From positions 22,384,001 to 22,448,000 of the forward strand of contig CM119372.1 in the NCBI GenBank assembly GCA_051294905.1: a DNA stretch of 64,000 nt, given 5' to 3'. The notes under the pieces were generated by a model. The model saw nothing but the letters and a program-made list of their open reading frames with translations. It was not told the DNA's origin and searched no databases. Shown here piece after piece: positions 14,085 through 26,746 of the stretch (the stretch's first letter is position 1; each line of letters starts with the position of its first letter). The translations under genes were made by a program, and so were the position numbers. This DNA is from Botryllus schlosseri. Lineage: Eukaryota.

Positions 14085-14569
14085 ATACACATCCGTGAGA
14101 ATATAAACGCATAAACTATATTCGTTCGATGTAAATTATACAAGAGGGTTGGTAAATTTGAGCACTGCGACATGTAAGCAGTAAGCACTGAGCACTGAGC
14201 AGTATAATGAATAAAGATACGTTGCTACTTCTATTAGATTAATCTACTACTACTACTACTACGACGACAACGAAAGATGCGATTGTTTCGTTTGCGGTTA
14301 ATTTATTTGTGATGTAACCATGGCGAGGATTAGTGAAACGTACAATCAGTGAATGACTGGTTGCTCTCACACCTGACAGCGGCGTCTCGCGAATAATCGG
14401 AAAATACATAAGATGGGGTTATTCAATCGACACCGTTTACTTGATGACTTGAAATTGACTCGTAAAGTTTGCTTGGAGTCACGAGTCAATCCGCTTGTCT
14501 GAAGCGTCGAGTAAAGTAAAGTTATACCGCAAAGTTGACTCGAGTTTGACTCAAGTCATCCCAACACTG
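14085..14569. mobile_element. Right half of the AGTCA-rich MITE family (paralogue of ~19925-20429)
   Basis: Colinear similarity with 19925-20429 (cagtgaatgactggttgctctcaca, caccgtttacttgat.acttgaa); ends in the same TIR, agtcatcccaacactg. Confidence 0.8.
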
Positions 14570-15270
14570 TTACGAAGAGATAGTCTTTCAGCTAGCTAGT
14601 GCCGCTTCTCGCTAGCGGCAATATCGATTCCCTAGTCACTGAAAAATGTTATCAGACATCGTACGCAGCTCATAGTTCAAAATAAAATGAAATTGATGAT
14701 CATGATACTTTTTGTTATATTTGTATTTCTACATAAAAATAATAATTCTCTTGTGATAACTATGCCCGTCGCCCATGTTAGAGAGCACACCGTTGCACTG
14801 AAATAATGATGCTTAAAGTGTGGCCTAGTTTTTCTCGATATTGCAATCTTGTGGCCCACGAAGTTTGATAAGTGGTCCGCGACACATTTTGAGTCGACGA
14901 CTCCTGTTTTATAGTATGACATTGTGAAGTCGTTCGTCTGAAAAGTTCTCATATCGATACCCGTCTGACGAGATAGAGGTTATATACTTGTTATCGCCAG
15001 CGGCAAATAAATATGATGCGTGGATATATAGGACCTTGTCGGATGTTTTGATTCGCATCTAGTCAAGGCAAAATAGACGATATTGGGAGTCATCGTACTT
15101 CAACTTAATATTTACTATTTCGATGTAGCTATAGATCTACCAACAGCTCTGCAGATATATAGTCAGTCTAGAAAATCAGACGAGTAGGCGAACAAAATGC
15201 GATTACATGAGATTGTATCGCAAATTTTGTGATCAGATCATCGCACCAGTTTAGATAAATACATTATCCT

Positions 15271-15302
15271 CCAATCAGGCTAATTGCAAGTCCCAGACCA
15301 AT
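15271..15302 (+). promoter_or_regulatory. Two CCAAT boxes upstream of the predicted first exon of the TRIM gene
   Basis: CCAAT at 15271-15275 and 15298-15302, about 230-260 nt upstream of ATG 15531; function inferred only. Confidence 0.3.
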
Positions 15303-15530
15303 GGAAAAATATAGGTATTAAGTTATCTCTGCGCCAACTGTGCGCGAGTTAAAGATCCCTCCGTCATCAGAAATTCGTTCAACCGGTTCTGCAAGAATGA
15401 TAATATCGTTGATTTGAGACTTGTTTGGGTGTTTTAGAAGCTCTGTCAGTTTTCGATTTTATATACGAGCTCTATGACAATCGCATAAAGGAAATTCCGT
15501 GCCGCCGAAAACGGAATCTTGTGGAGAAGG

Positions 15531-18500
15531 ATGAGCGATATGCTGCTAAACGACTTTCTCGCTTCGGGTATGTTATTATTCGTGTTGAAGAGGAAGCCAT
15601 TATATTGCAACTTCCAAAACCGGTTGAATGGGCGTTCACATTCCCGTTCCTATATGGTGACAATGTTTTTTTTCTTTAGTTTGAGCAATATTGAAATATA
15701 GACCCCGGAGTATTGAAAGACATAAATATCTTTTATAATTCAAATTCTCACCAGGGACAGGATGATTTGCAATACGACAATTCTGGAATTTCCGGCTATT
15801 GTGTATCGTTGCCAAGTTATTTTTTCAATTCCACGATAAAACTGAGCCAGTGTTGCAATTGTAAAAATTGATTGATTATGTAGGTTTGGGTACATTCGCA
15901 ACCGTTTTAATATTTGTTCATGATCAAAATGTGCGAAAACGACACGTAAATACAGTTGGGCGTACAGCATTTCCTGTTACTTGTGGAAGTTTTCGTTTCA
16001 CTGTGCATATAAGTCAATAGTTCGGTCATTTAGGCGATTAGTTTTATTAGGTGCTTACAGAGCATGTGAGCATTATGCGGCGATGCTGGCTTTTTAAAAT
16101 TTTTCCAACCTATTCCTAAAACTGAGGAAGCTATATCCATCGCCGATATAGTGACGAGAGCACGAGATCCGAAGAGAAGGATGAAAATTAGGGTTTCATT
16201 TAAAACAGAATTTCCAACAAACATGTTTCGAAAATGGTCCTTGTTTTAAAACATGTTGTTATTGTTTTTAAGCATAGGGTCAATATGGCTTCTTTGAAGG
16301 AAAAGGTTTCCGACCCGTCTTAACCAGAGGTGGTCAGTAACGAAGTACTTTTACTTTTTCGAAGTACTCAAGAAGTTTTCCTCTACTTCTGGTACTTACT
16401 CAAGTAGATAAAAATTTTCGCTACTCCTACTTGTACTTCATATTATTTTGTAATCTACTTACTTACTTTTCGCTATTTTTAGTTTGTCAAGTAGAAGTAG
16501 TGTCACCCCCCCGATTAGAAAGAGAAACTGGGGAATTCTCGGGCTGTTTTCACGGAGTTCTAACTTTCTATTTTAAGAAAATTTATGTCAAACCCATAAT
16601 TCCCGTCGAGCTTCACATCAAGTAGATATAGAGACAGTGAATATTATTTAGGTTGCATTGCTCCGCATTGTCACCCATATGACATATTTCATCACTGTAT
16701 ATATGGCCCATCATAACGTTTGAAACCCCATTTTGCAATCTAGCATTCACCCATCATATCGTAATCTATAGAAGCCCATGGCGCGTTCTAATCTGGAGGA
16801 GCGGGCTCTGACTTTTTGAGCGTTAGATCTGTTTTAGCGGACCACCATTAATAATGTCTCGACAAAAAACATAAGATACATTTTATGTCTTTCTGATGTA
16901 GTATTGGTATTTCTCGTTCAATTCGCATTATCATTACTTAAAGTTCCAATTAGTTTCAGTTCTTTTGTCTCGTGAACATACATATTTATGTTTAAAAGCA
17001 AGTGTAGCACCGCCGTCTATTTTCCTAAAATACAATTACACTGGCGTTTTTAGGTTACGCCATATTTTTTATCATCGTATACAAATTGCGCAAAGTGCTA
17101 ACATCGTATCCATACAACTTCTCCGTATTGCTCTTCGACTGAACTGAAGGCCGTAATTCAAAACTACTTACTTACTTGAGTAGATTTAAATTCAGCAAAT
17201 TCTACATCTACTTCAAGTAGTTTTAGGTTGCTTATGGAAGAAGTACTTCTACTTGCACTTGAGTAGATTATTGCGTCGCTACTTCTACTTGTACTTGAGT
17301 AGCTTTCTCGACTACTTTGACCACCTCTGGTCTTAACGGACCACAAAATATTTTTGATCAGTACTCCATAGTCATGGAGCATCATTATGGTCTGTGGTCA
17401 TTATCATCAGAACATCCATTCCGTTCCAATGATATATAACTGTACGAGTTATAATAGTTGTAACAACGACGATTTCGAGGGTTCCAACCATTCCATGTCG
17501 TGTACGTCGACTATTTCTGATTCAAGTCATCCGAATGCTCGTTGGGATGGTGCGACCCCCTGAGAGGTTTTGTTTCGTGTCAACGCGAACCTTTTTGAAA
17601 GGTTCTATGCGAACGTGAACCTATGACGTCACGTGACCTCATATTGCTTATTTCAACACTAGATTTCCGACGAATCAGGCCTCAATGCTGAAGTAGGCCT
17701 ACATGCTGACTTTTTAAACGCCACCAAATGTATCGACCTGAACAATCCAATGCTACAATAATTCCATAAAATGAATATCGTCCCTCGCTTTGCCAACGAT
17801 TTCGACGAGGACAAATTGCAAGGGAATGTAATAATAAAATTCACATTTATAACTTGCTCTGGCTTGCTAAACAGCTACCGGTAGTTGCCATTATGACATC
17901 CCATTCGTGATACGATGTCAAAAATTTCCATTTTAGCGTATATTGGAATGTTTAGGAACCAAACAGCTTATACGAGGTCGCCGTGATTCGTGCTATTGTA
18001 CCAAGAACCAAAAATTTCACTTCGACTGGCCTGAGTCAAGAACACTATGCTTTACTTTTAAGAATATGACATATATTACAAACAAGTTTAATCGAGTAAC
18101 ATTATATTGTTGCTTGAGGCTTTCGTGTGAGATACTTAAAGCTGTTTCAGGCCATAGTTTTCCAACCTTTGGCGTAGCGCTTTTTAAACATGACCCGCAA
18201 CGAGAGGAATTTCACCCACGTGCTGAATGACGTGGTAATGATGTTCTGGGCGCTCAGCATATACAAAAGACAGCGTGCTTAAGAACTTACGCGAGCATTT
18301 GTAAATTCATGATCGGATCATATCGTAGGAGCTTTGCCACGGAAAGGCACGAGGTTCATCGTTCATATTTAATCAGGATACCGCGATGAGTTAAGCACAC
18401 AAAATCTTATTATTAGTCGATTTCCGAGATGGGATTTGAAATTACAAATAATTGGCTAAGGTGTTTTGCTAAATTAACGAATGAGCTTACGCGATGGATT

Positions 18501-21500
18501 ACAATACGAGTACGTTGATTCATGAACTTAACGGTAACAAACTCAGCGTTATAAATGTCATATCTCCCGATAATGTCAATAGGTTCGATAACCATGATTC
18601 CAGATGATTAGTCGTTATAAGTTGAAACGGAACATATTTATTTAGGTGTAATTAATATGTTTTCTCACAGTTGATGTGAAGCCACCTTGTGAGATGCAGT
18701 CTGAAGATCATCTTTCCAACTCGAACAGTATAGGTATACCAACGGAACTTCTCTGCCCGCACTGTTTTGAACTTTACGACATGCCGCTCTTTCTTCCTTG
18801 TTCCCACACATTCTGTCGCGATTGCACGCAGTCCTTGATCTCGTCATCGGACAAAATGATGCAGGTGACGACTTGGTCATTCCTTCTGGCTTATTGATAA
18901 TGTAAAGATATTTAATATTTAATCCAACAGCAACGGAGCCGATTTATTTGCCCGACTTGTCGAAATATAATCAAATATGGACCGGAGGGAGTCGACTGTT
19001 TACCACGAAATGTGAATCTCGAACAGGTAAACTGATTTACGGTTTCGAAATAAATATTAAGTTTTGAATTCGTTACTTTGACCTTCTTACGAGGAATGAT
19101 ACCAATAACTATATAGGCTCGATTATCCAGATTAACCTTTGAGAGAGGCTTTTCTTGCAGTGTTGGGATCAAGTCACTACCTTCGAGTCACGAGTCATCT
19201 CGAGTCATAGCACATCTCGAAGTCAATCGATTTTCGAAGGTGACTCGAGTCAAGTCAAGTCACTCGTTTTTTGAAAGTAACTCAAGTCAAGTCAAGTCAA
19301 GTCAAGTCACGAGTCAAGTCACAATTCAAGTGATATTGAATTTTCGAAGTATGAGTGAAGAGCTTCTTGGAGGTACAGAACTTCAATATATAATTGAATA
19401 ATATATTCATATTGAAATGAGCCCGAATATTTTCGGCTGACACTCATCAGGGGTAACCGTCAACAACTATTAGAGAATTTAAAATAGCATTGTATATCAA
19501 CAATCGTAACCTCATATTTTTGTGATACGATTGTTGATATACAATGTTCTTTCCAATTCTCTACTAGTTGCTGACGATTACCCGTGACGAGTGTCAGCCG
19601 AAAATATTCGGTTTCATTTCAATACGAATATACTATTCAGAAGTACGAGTGATGATTTATAGTCATTACATTTTGCTGACTGCGTGAAGAACAGATTAAT
19701 TCGCCATTTATCTTGAATCAAATAACGAATATAAAGTTGAATATATGCAAAAAGGCGTTATATCACTCACGCACACGTTGAACGGCAAATAAAATATACG
19801 TGAGTAACTGCTGTTAAGCTATACATGCTACAGTCTGTTATTATCATCCGAAATTGAGGATCGAATACGAAGCCTCGAGAAGTTGAAACAAATTGATATC
19901 GTATAGTACACTACCCACCCATCTACACACCCGTGAGAGCATAAACACATACATTGTATTCGCTCGATATAAAACATACCAGAGGGTTGGTAAAGGTCAG
20001 CACTACGCAATGTAAGCACCGAGACGTCTATAAAACAGAGACGCGTTGCTATTAGTTTAATCTACTAATTCATGACTACATCAGCTGTGATCATTTCGTT
20101 TGCGGTCAATTTATTTGTGATGAAGCAATGCAGGATCAGTGAAACGTACTATCAGTGAATGACTGGTTGCTCTCACAAGTGACTCGGGCTTATCGCGAAC
20201 AATCCGAACATACAAGAGATACAGCGATTTAATCGGCACCGTTTACTTGATAACTTGAAGTTGACTCGTGAGTTTTGCTTCGAGTCACGAGTCAATCGAC
20301 ATTTCTGAGGGGCCGAGTCAAGTCAAGTCAAGTCATTTGGGCAAAGTGACTCGAGTCAAGTCAAGTCAAACGAAAAGTTGACTCGAGTCTGACTCGATTC
20401 AAGTCATGACTCGAGTCATCCCAACACTGTTATCCTGGCCGTATAACGTCGTAAAGTCAAGTTTTCAATCGACTATACTACTTATACTCTCGTATTGCAA
20501 AATTACAGCTATATCTAATCAGTTTGAACCGATCAAAGGACATATAACTACGACTGTGGTAGGCTATACATAATTCCATTATCGCATCGCGGACGGATCA
20601 TACAATGACGGGGACTCAACGGATTTTCAATTAACACTCCCCGCCAACTTTTAGGCCGTGACGAGATTCAAACTGGAGAGTAAAGCGAAATACACCAACT
20701 GTAGTCGCCATCACCAATTCAATATGCAACTAATTATGTGGTGCGACGACTGCGGCAAAAAGGTTTGCCCACTGTGTGCATTGGAGGATACTCATAAGGA
20801 TCACAAAGTGAGTGGAAAAATGAAATGCGACCATATTCGATTAACGCAAAGTTTCCAATTTCTTCTGTTCCGGGAATATATATGTTCAATTTCATGCGAC
20901 ACATGTATGCAATTGATTCATCGATGCTTTTTTTATATTCTTTAGTCCAATCATGTGTTATACATTATTCCTGACCATGGCGCACCAGACCACTGATATG
21001 AGAGGCACAACCGGTTTTATTTACAATATTAGATATAGTAATATACAGCTCATGTTTATTCCGGTGTGATGGATTTACAAAACGTTCAGAATTCTACGAG
21101 ATCTGCAACTCCGACATTGGCTGTCGACATACGTCTTATGGGCATTAATACAGGCTGGAGCAGATTTCCAACATACCGAAAAATACAATCTCATATATAT
21201 TAGCGAACGATTGCTTTGTGATATGATTGTTATATAATCATAATCATGGTTTGGAAACTGCAAATGTTTATTTATTTTATTGGCTATAGACTACATCAGG
21301 GGTTCTCAACCTTTTTTTAGACACGCCCCTCTTTTTGATGGTGAAAAATCTCGCGCCCCCTTATCGTCATATAAAAAAATCCAACCGGGATGATAGCAGT
21401 CCCAACATATCGTTTGATGGCATGGAAGGTTATGGCTGTTGATTAGAGAATTCAAAAATATGAAATTAGGTCTATATATAGAGAAAAATGCGTGAGTTTG

Positions 21501-24500
21501 AGGTGAATCGCGCAGAGCGCGGAAAATGTTTTCAGTTGACCGCTTTTTCGCGCTCTCTTCAGATGCTTTCACGGCCCCCAGGTTGAGAACCACTGGACTA
21601 CATGAAAAAATCTAATACTGGTCCAAACTATAGCGGTCTATATGAAATATAGCAATGTCATATATTTTGTGATGGCATTATGTCAGTGTATTGGTACACT
21701 TTCGCCTCCCATGCTCTTTACATAAATATTATGTTTTAACCAGGTGGCGCCACTCACGGTATTCAAAAAATATAAAGAAGTTCGACAGAGGCTGGAAAAG
21801 GCCACTGAAGTTCTTACTGGCAAGATGGAAGAGATCGGTGGAAACATCCTTAGCGTTAAAGAAGTTATGACGAAGATTGAATCAAAGGCAGATCGTTTGA
21901 AAAAGAAAGTATGTGCCGTTCAATGAGTTTGTCGTTATATAATAGCCAAACTAGATATCTAGCTGATTTGTGATATATTTCAAACGCACAACGATTTGCA
22001 AGTTATCCTCTCGAACTCATATGGCCAAAGAAGCGATGTCTTTTGCGAATGAAATATCCATTGATATTAAAGTTCGCTACTTAACACGAATCAAAAGGCA
22101 ATTTGCGTATGACTCATGAACTGTAGGATTGCCTCGAGATATAATGTTCCTCAACTTCTACGAGATTGTCCCATAGTAACTGCAGTTCAGTAAAATACAG
22201 GCTTTTACCGGAATGCTGACATTGATATCGACAAAGTGTCCATATGCCCTCGCATATTTTTTCAGAAGTCAGAATGATCAAGCTTTATCTCTTCGACTGC
22301 AAACCGATACTTCTAAAGTCATGCAGCCAAATGTTTGCGATATGTATTAATTACATCATCCGGTCGTTCGTGTTACTCATATTTTTATCTATTCAGAACT
22401 TCATACATGATAATAACGAATTGGAAAGACTTGGAACATTTCGTAGCCTACAGCCACCTTGAAACACAAGAAGAACTGAAAAATATTTTAAGAAGAGTAG
22501 GCTAGAAGTATAAGCATTTTTGTAAAGGCGCCATAAGAACGATGATACATTGGGAAGGAGGAGCCAAGATAAATCTCCGACCCTTGGAAATGTGCTGCTG
22601 TCGATACTGGAATCGCGGGCTCTGTCGCGTCGATGGCGATGGCTTTACCAACTGCGATAAACGCCCCATTCAGAAGTGTAGTACTCTAATATTGAAGCGT
22701 AGTTGCTTGAAGTTGCCATGAAAACATGTCCAAATCATTCGCTACTTTGGCCCTCTTGTAATGCACTCTGCCATATGAAATTTGAATTTTGAACTGACAA
22801 GGAAGCGTATATTTAAAGTTATGGAGTGATTATGTTGAAGTAAGTCAGTAAATCTATCAGGTCATTGATTACAACTAAACTGGCCCGCGAGCTTAGCAAT
22901 TTACAGTTTCATCCGAACTACTAACGTTCTGTGAATTAAAAGCGACTGATCGTAGACAGTGAGTAGCCCTCGGAGAAGGGCTGTTGCCTTTCCAGGCATA
23001 TTACATTATGCCGGGTTACGCTTACAGGTTTCGGGACTGTTCAGTGTTCAGTGTTCAGCCCACGCCGACGTTCAGGCCAACAGCACCACAACTTTCTATG
23101 GATTTTCTCTAGTCTTTAATGAGTAACGATACGATACGTCACGAAAATGGTAAACTGCAAGCCAAATACAAGTACACAAAACCCTATCTTAACAGCCTTA
23201 ACTTACCTACTCTCCCGGGACTCACGATTAATTACAATAATTAGAATACGATCTATTACAACAAATGAAAATTTGAAAAGTAGTTGTATCATACATCTCG
23301 AGCGCTTTGCGCCATCTTACTCCGACAATGAGGTCGAAGCAGGACATGACGCCGGCGCAAACTAAAAGGGAATGGCTCACGTATAGATAACCTATCAATT
23401 CTTCACCATATGCTATAGCTATAATACGGAGAACGCGATGTTGGAGTTGGATAGAGTAAAATATTTGACAACACTTTCAATATTACTGCTTCAATGGTCA
23501 TTAAAATTTCAATCAATCATTGAAATCTGTCCGCATTTTGAACAAGAATTCATTTCAACAAACTTCGCGAATTCGATTTGAATTCGTCCCAAATCTTCGA
23601 TCCCGATATCATTAAAGTAACGCGACATCATATCCCACACATCCATATATCTCACACGGAAATATATAGCATGCATATGAATCATGGATAACTTGCGTTC
23701 TACAGGTAGATGCGGAGTGCGATGAAATGGCAAATCAAGTCGAGATACGCCGAAAAACTATGTATCAGGACATTCAAAATGCAACAGCTAAGAAACAGAG
23801 AAAAAGAAAAGAAGAAATTCGATCCCTGAAAAACCACTATAACCAAGTTAGTCGACTACGATTTTCAGTGTATAGGCTCTAGAATCTATCTCTAGACTCT
23901 CAAGAGCAGGAGTGTTAAGCATACTGCCCGCGGTCGCTAAAGTATCGAATGCAGTTATTTGTCATGACTCTGCTATATTACTACTCACTCAAAAGGTTCC
24001 CGTCCTTACAAATCCATTTGGTCTATCCATCAAATGTTCACATGTTGGTCGCGACTCGCGATAAATAAATTTTATTAGTCTCCCACTTTTTTCAGGGTGA
24101 GTAGGTTCAGCGCGGCAGTTCAATGATCTTTTTTATGCTGTGACTCATAATCGTATTCGTAGCAACCTCAATGGCAATAAATCAATAACAATGTACTAAA
24201 TTCGGATATATCATGTATATCATGGGTGGCCAACCTTTTCGGCCAAAGGGCCGCATGCAATTTACGAACCATTGCGCGATAGGAGCGAATGGGTGGGGTT
24301 AGGTAACGGTGAAAACAAGACTTATCTTACTACGCAGCAAAATCGATGACATTTATGTCACGAATATACATTGTGCATCCATGTCCTAGCCACGCGAAGT
24401 GCTAATTGTTTTTAAGGTTAAAGTGAATTCGGTTTGCGTATATTGTGGGTCATCTCTGTATACCGCTCGGCTCAGTTTGCAAGGACAAGACTATTCGGCG

Positions 24501-25509
24501 CCTATGGACATATTAATATCGGAGGTTTTAGTGACAAATGGTCTATCAGTCTGTTCGAAGGTCACATCGTCGACGACCTTTCAGCGCGCGAACACGCAAA
24601 GTCGCCTGTTCGACGACAAGTTTTCTAATCATCGCGAATATTGCTGAATTCAATTCTAGGCAGATTTCTCATGTTAAATAAACCTGCTGCGAAATATTCT
24701 ACGTTACGGTAACTTACGAAGTTACTCGAGAAAGGCGGCTGGTTGCTGGATTAACCAATGCGTCGGAGCTGATTAGTCACCAACATTCTGGATTTCACAG
24801 TCAGGCTAATCAATTTTGCTGGCCTTGTAAGTTGTTCAAAAATGATCTGGGTAATTCACTGTATGATAATATACCTTAATTTCAAAATTACCTCGTGGGC
24901 CACATGTGACCTGCGGGCAACGGGTTGACCACCCCTGATGTATGGCTTGATAATGGAGTAATCCACAGAAATACAAAGGTATGTATTTGGAGGTAACATT
25001 GTGGCATTGATTGACTGGCCCGTCCCGCAAGCGATCAAAATGATGGAGTCGTACCTGCGACCCCAATTGAGCTTGACACCCTGCTCTATGGAGTCTAGGC
25101 TATCAAAAACTACATTTCAGTTTATATTCAATATATTAGTAACTACAATTTCGTGCGGCTAGATGGGGTTTACCTTCGTTCGACCGACGGAAATTTTTCC
25201 TCATGCACGATACGAATCATACGACACCATAGTCGCGTAATATAATATTACTAAACATCTGCATTGAAGCTTCCAAGTTAGAAGTGTAGTCTAATATTGG
25301 AGTAGCAGGTAGATGCCCAAACTCTATTTCACAGACTCGGATAGGATGATATAGTCTTAAGATGAAGAAATTTCTTCTTACAGACAAAAGAACTGATTGA
25401 AAAGTTCTCGGCCGTTCTAGAGACGGACGGCCCTACCGAATTTTTAAAGAAATTATCTGGGAGTGGACTATCTCATCAAGTCGAGGAAATATCAAAAATA
25501 TTTCCATGA
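15531..25509 (+). CDS. Tripartite motif (RING-B-box-coiled-coil) protein, ~303 aa, no C-terminal domain; putative E3 ubiquitin ligase
   Basis: Phase-consistent exons 15531-15567 (MSDMLLNDFLAS, less certain), 18671-18864, 18931-19026, 20655-20807, 21744-21908, 23706-23846, 25384-25509 (TGA). C3HC4 RING CPHC..LPCSHTFCRDC..CPTC followed by LPRNVNL; B-box2 CSRH..WCDDC..VCPLC..HKDH; the last three exons are coiled-coil-like. Confidence 0.88.
16325..17329. mobile_element. hAT-type MITE with CTACTT/AAGTAG subterminal repeats
   Basis: TIRs CAGAGGTGGTCA / TGACCACCTCTG; perfect 8-bp TSD gtcttaac; full-length paralogue at 61687-62972; fragments near 60-290, 2060-2130, 40740-40800, 48780-48920 and 57865-58340. 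Confidence 0.92.
19356..19639. mobile_element. Palindromic Penelope-like (pLTR-derived) element nested in the MITE
   Basis: Inverted arms of ~120 bp (~19396-19512 vs ~19522-19638), each with a hammerhead-like motif; flanked by the direct repeat gaagta(t/c)gagtga (19346-19358, 19640-19652). Confidence 0.65.
19422..19453 (-). ncRNA. Minimal type I hammerhead ribozyme motif
   Basis: Minus strand reads CCC-CUGAUGA-G-UGUCAGC-C-GAAA-AUAU-UC-GGG: intact CUGAUGA and GAAA cores, CCC/GGG stem I, minimal stem II, palindromic AUAU stem III region and an NUH site (UUC). Confidence 0.65.
21297..21595. mobile_element. hAT MITE, 299 bp
   Basis: TIRs CAGGGGTTCTCAACCT / AGGTTGAGAACCACTG; perfect 8-bp TSD gactacat; related to 34940-35245 and ~3190-3491. 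Confidence 0.92.
24221..24937. mobile_element. Degenerate hAT (Charlie-like) element
   Basis: TIRs CATGGGTGGCCAACC / GGTTGACCACCCCTG; TSD atgtatat/atgtatgg (6/8); appears to lie inside another degenerate TIR pair (~23906-25083). Confidence 0.6.
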
Positions 25510-26054
25510 ATGTAATTTCGGACGCAACTGAAGATGTTCTCCAATGTCGTGCTTTCGTCAATGTGCCGACCCCCCTAGCTATATACCTTGCTTCTCATCG
25601 ACATTTAGTTAAGAATATGAGTGCTATGGTTTGAAACAGTACCGCACGCATGAACTTGTCTATGGACTGGACATGGTCTGAATGCCGCCAATATCTGTTG
25701 GAGCAGAGCTTCCCAAAGCGGGGGCCATGACCCCCATTGGGCTCGCGTAGAGAATATTTGGGAATGGCGAGGGGAAAACAATATTGCACAAAGTGATACA
25801 CTTTATACTTTGGTAATTGAATGTTGAATTTGGAGAGTTTACGTATACGCACTGATCAGCCCAACGCAGTTTCGTGTCGGATATGAATCTTGAGTTTTCG
25901 GAAATCCATCAGTACTGCCGATTAAATATATGAGTAAATAGTTATTTCTTGGTGATCCTGTGAAAACTGCTGCGCCGCAGCTATAGTTTTTAATTTTCAA
26001 TTCGTTACTGTACATACAATGCTTTATTTGGCGGCCTCGCTAAATGGCTTAATG

Positions 26055-26746
26055 CAGTGTTTCTTAACCGGTTTTCCTTGGAGCACTATCGGGGTTCCGA
26101 AAGCCAGTCTCGGGGGTTCCCTGGAGATTTGGGATGATACTCCCGTCTCTCAGCGCTTGGAGGTAATTAGGCTCGATCAGTACATTCGATTATTGTACTG
26201 GTACGTCGTGTCGTTCAAAATTTGTAGTCCCGTCTTTCTGAAATGCCAATTCCCTCTCCAATATTCGTAAGCTCATTTGTAATTAGGCAATTCGTATCAT
26301 GCTGTTGTGTCTCGACCGCACGATGTTGACATATATCAAGATGAAACCTCGCATTGAACTGCATGGTATCTGAAAGGGAACAGGATAGTCAGTCAGTCAG
26401 TATGCTTTATTCATCTCACCAACAAACACATGTAAATTGGTATAGATTGGGAGACGACGGGGGACCGGTAGGTCTTAGATTCAGTCGCCACCCAGCGGAG
26501 TTATAAATGAGTAAATATGGCAAGATCAATACTAACGATAATGACAGTTAACCAATGGACATAAAAATAAACAAAAGAAAGAAGTCATGGAAAATCAGCA
26601 GTAAGCATCCGAGCATAGTACTGGTATACAATACACAGTGTGCACAGCAAAATTATGCAGCAAAGCAAGAACAATGAAGACGAACCAAGTGGAACACACT
26701 GATTTAAGTGCGTTAGTGTTTCACTGGCTTAGATTGAGAACCACTG
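26055..26746. mobile_element. hAT MITE containing a probable retroposon 3' end
   Basis: TIRs CAGTGTTTCTTAA / TTGAGAACCACTG; perfect 8-bp TSD gcttaatg; internal (AGTC)n tail and minus-strand AATAAA near 26387-26411. Confidence 0.85.

Larger units (their letters stand above)
19158..20429. mobile_element. hAT-type MITE with (AGTCA)n subterminal arrays, in a TRIM intron
   Basis: TIRs CAGTGTTGGGAT / ATCCCAACACTG; imperfect 8-bp TSD ttttcttg/ttatcctg; tandem CAAGT and CTCGAGTCA at both ends. Confidence 0.85.

Noticed and set aside
19185..19325. CRISPR-like or satellite array
   Set aside because: Short AGTCA iterations without unique spacers; they are subterminal repeats of a MITE in a eukaryotic genome.
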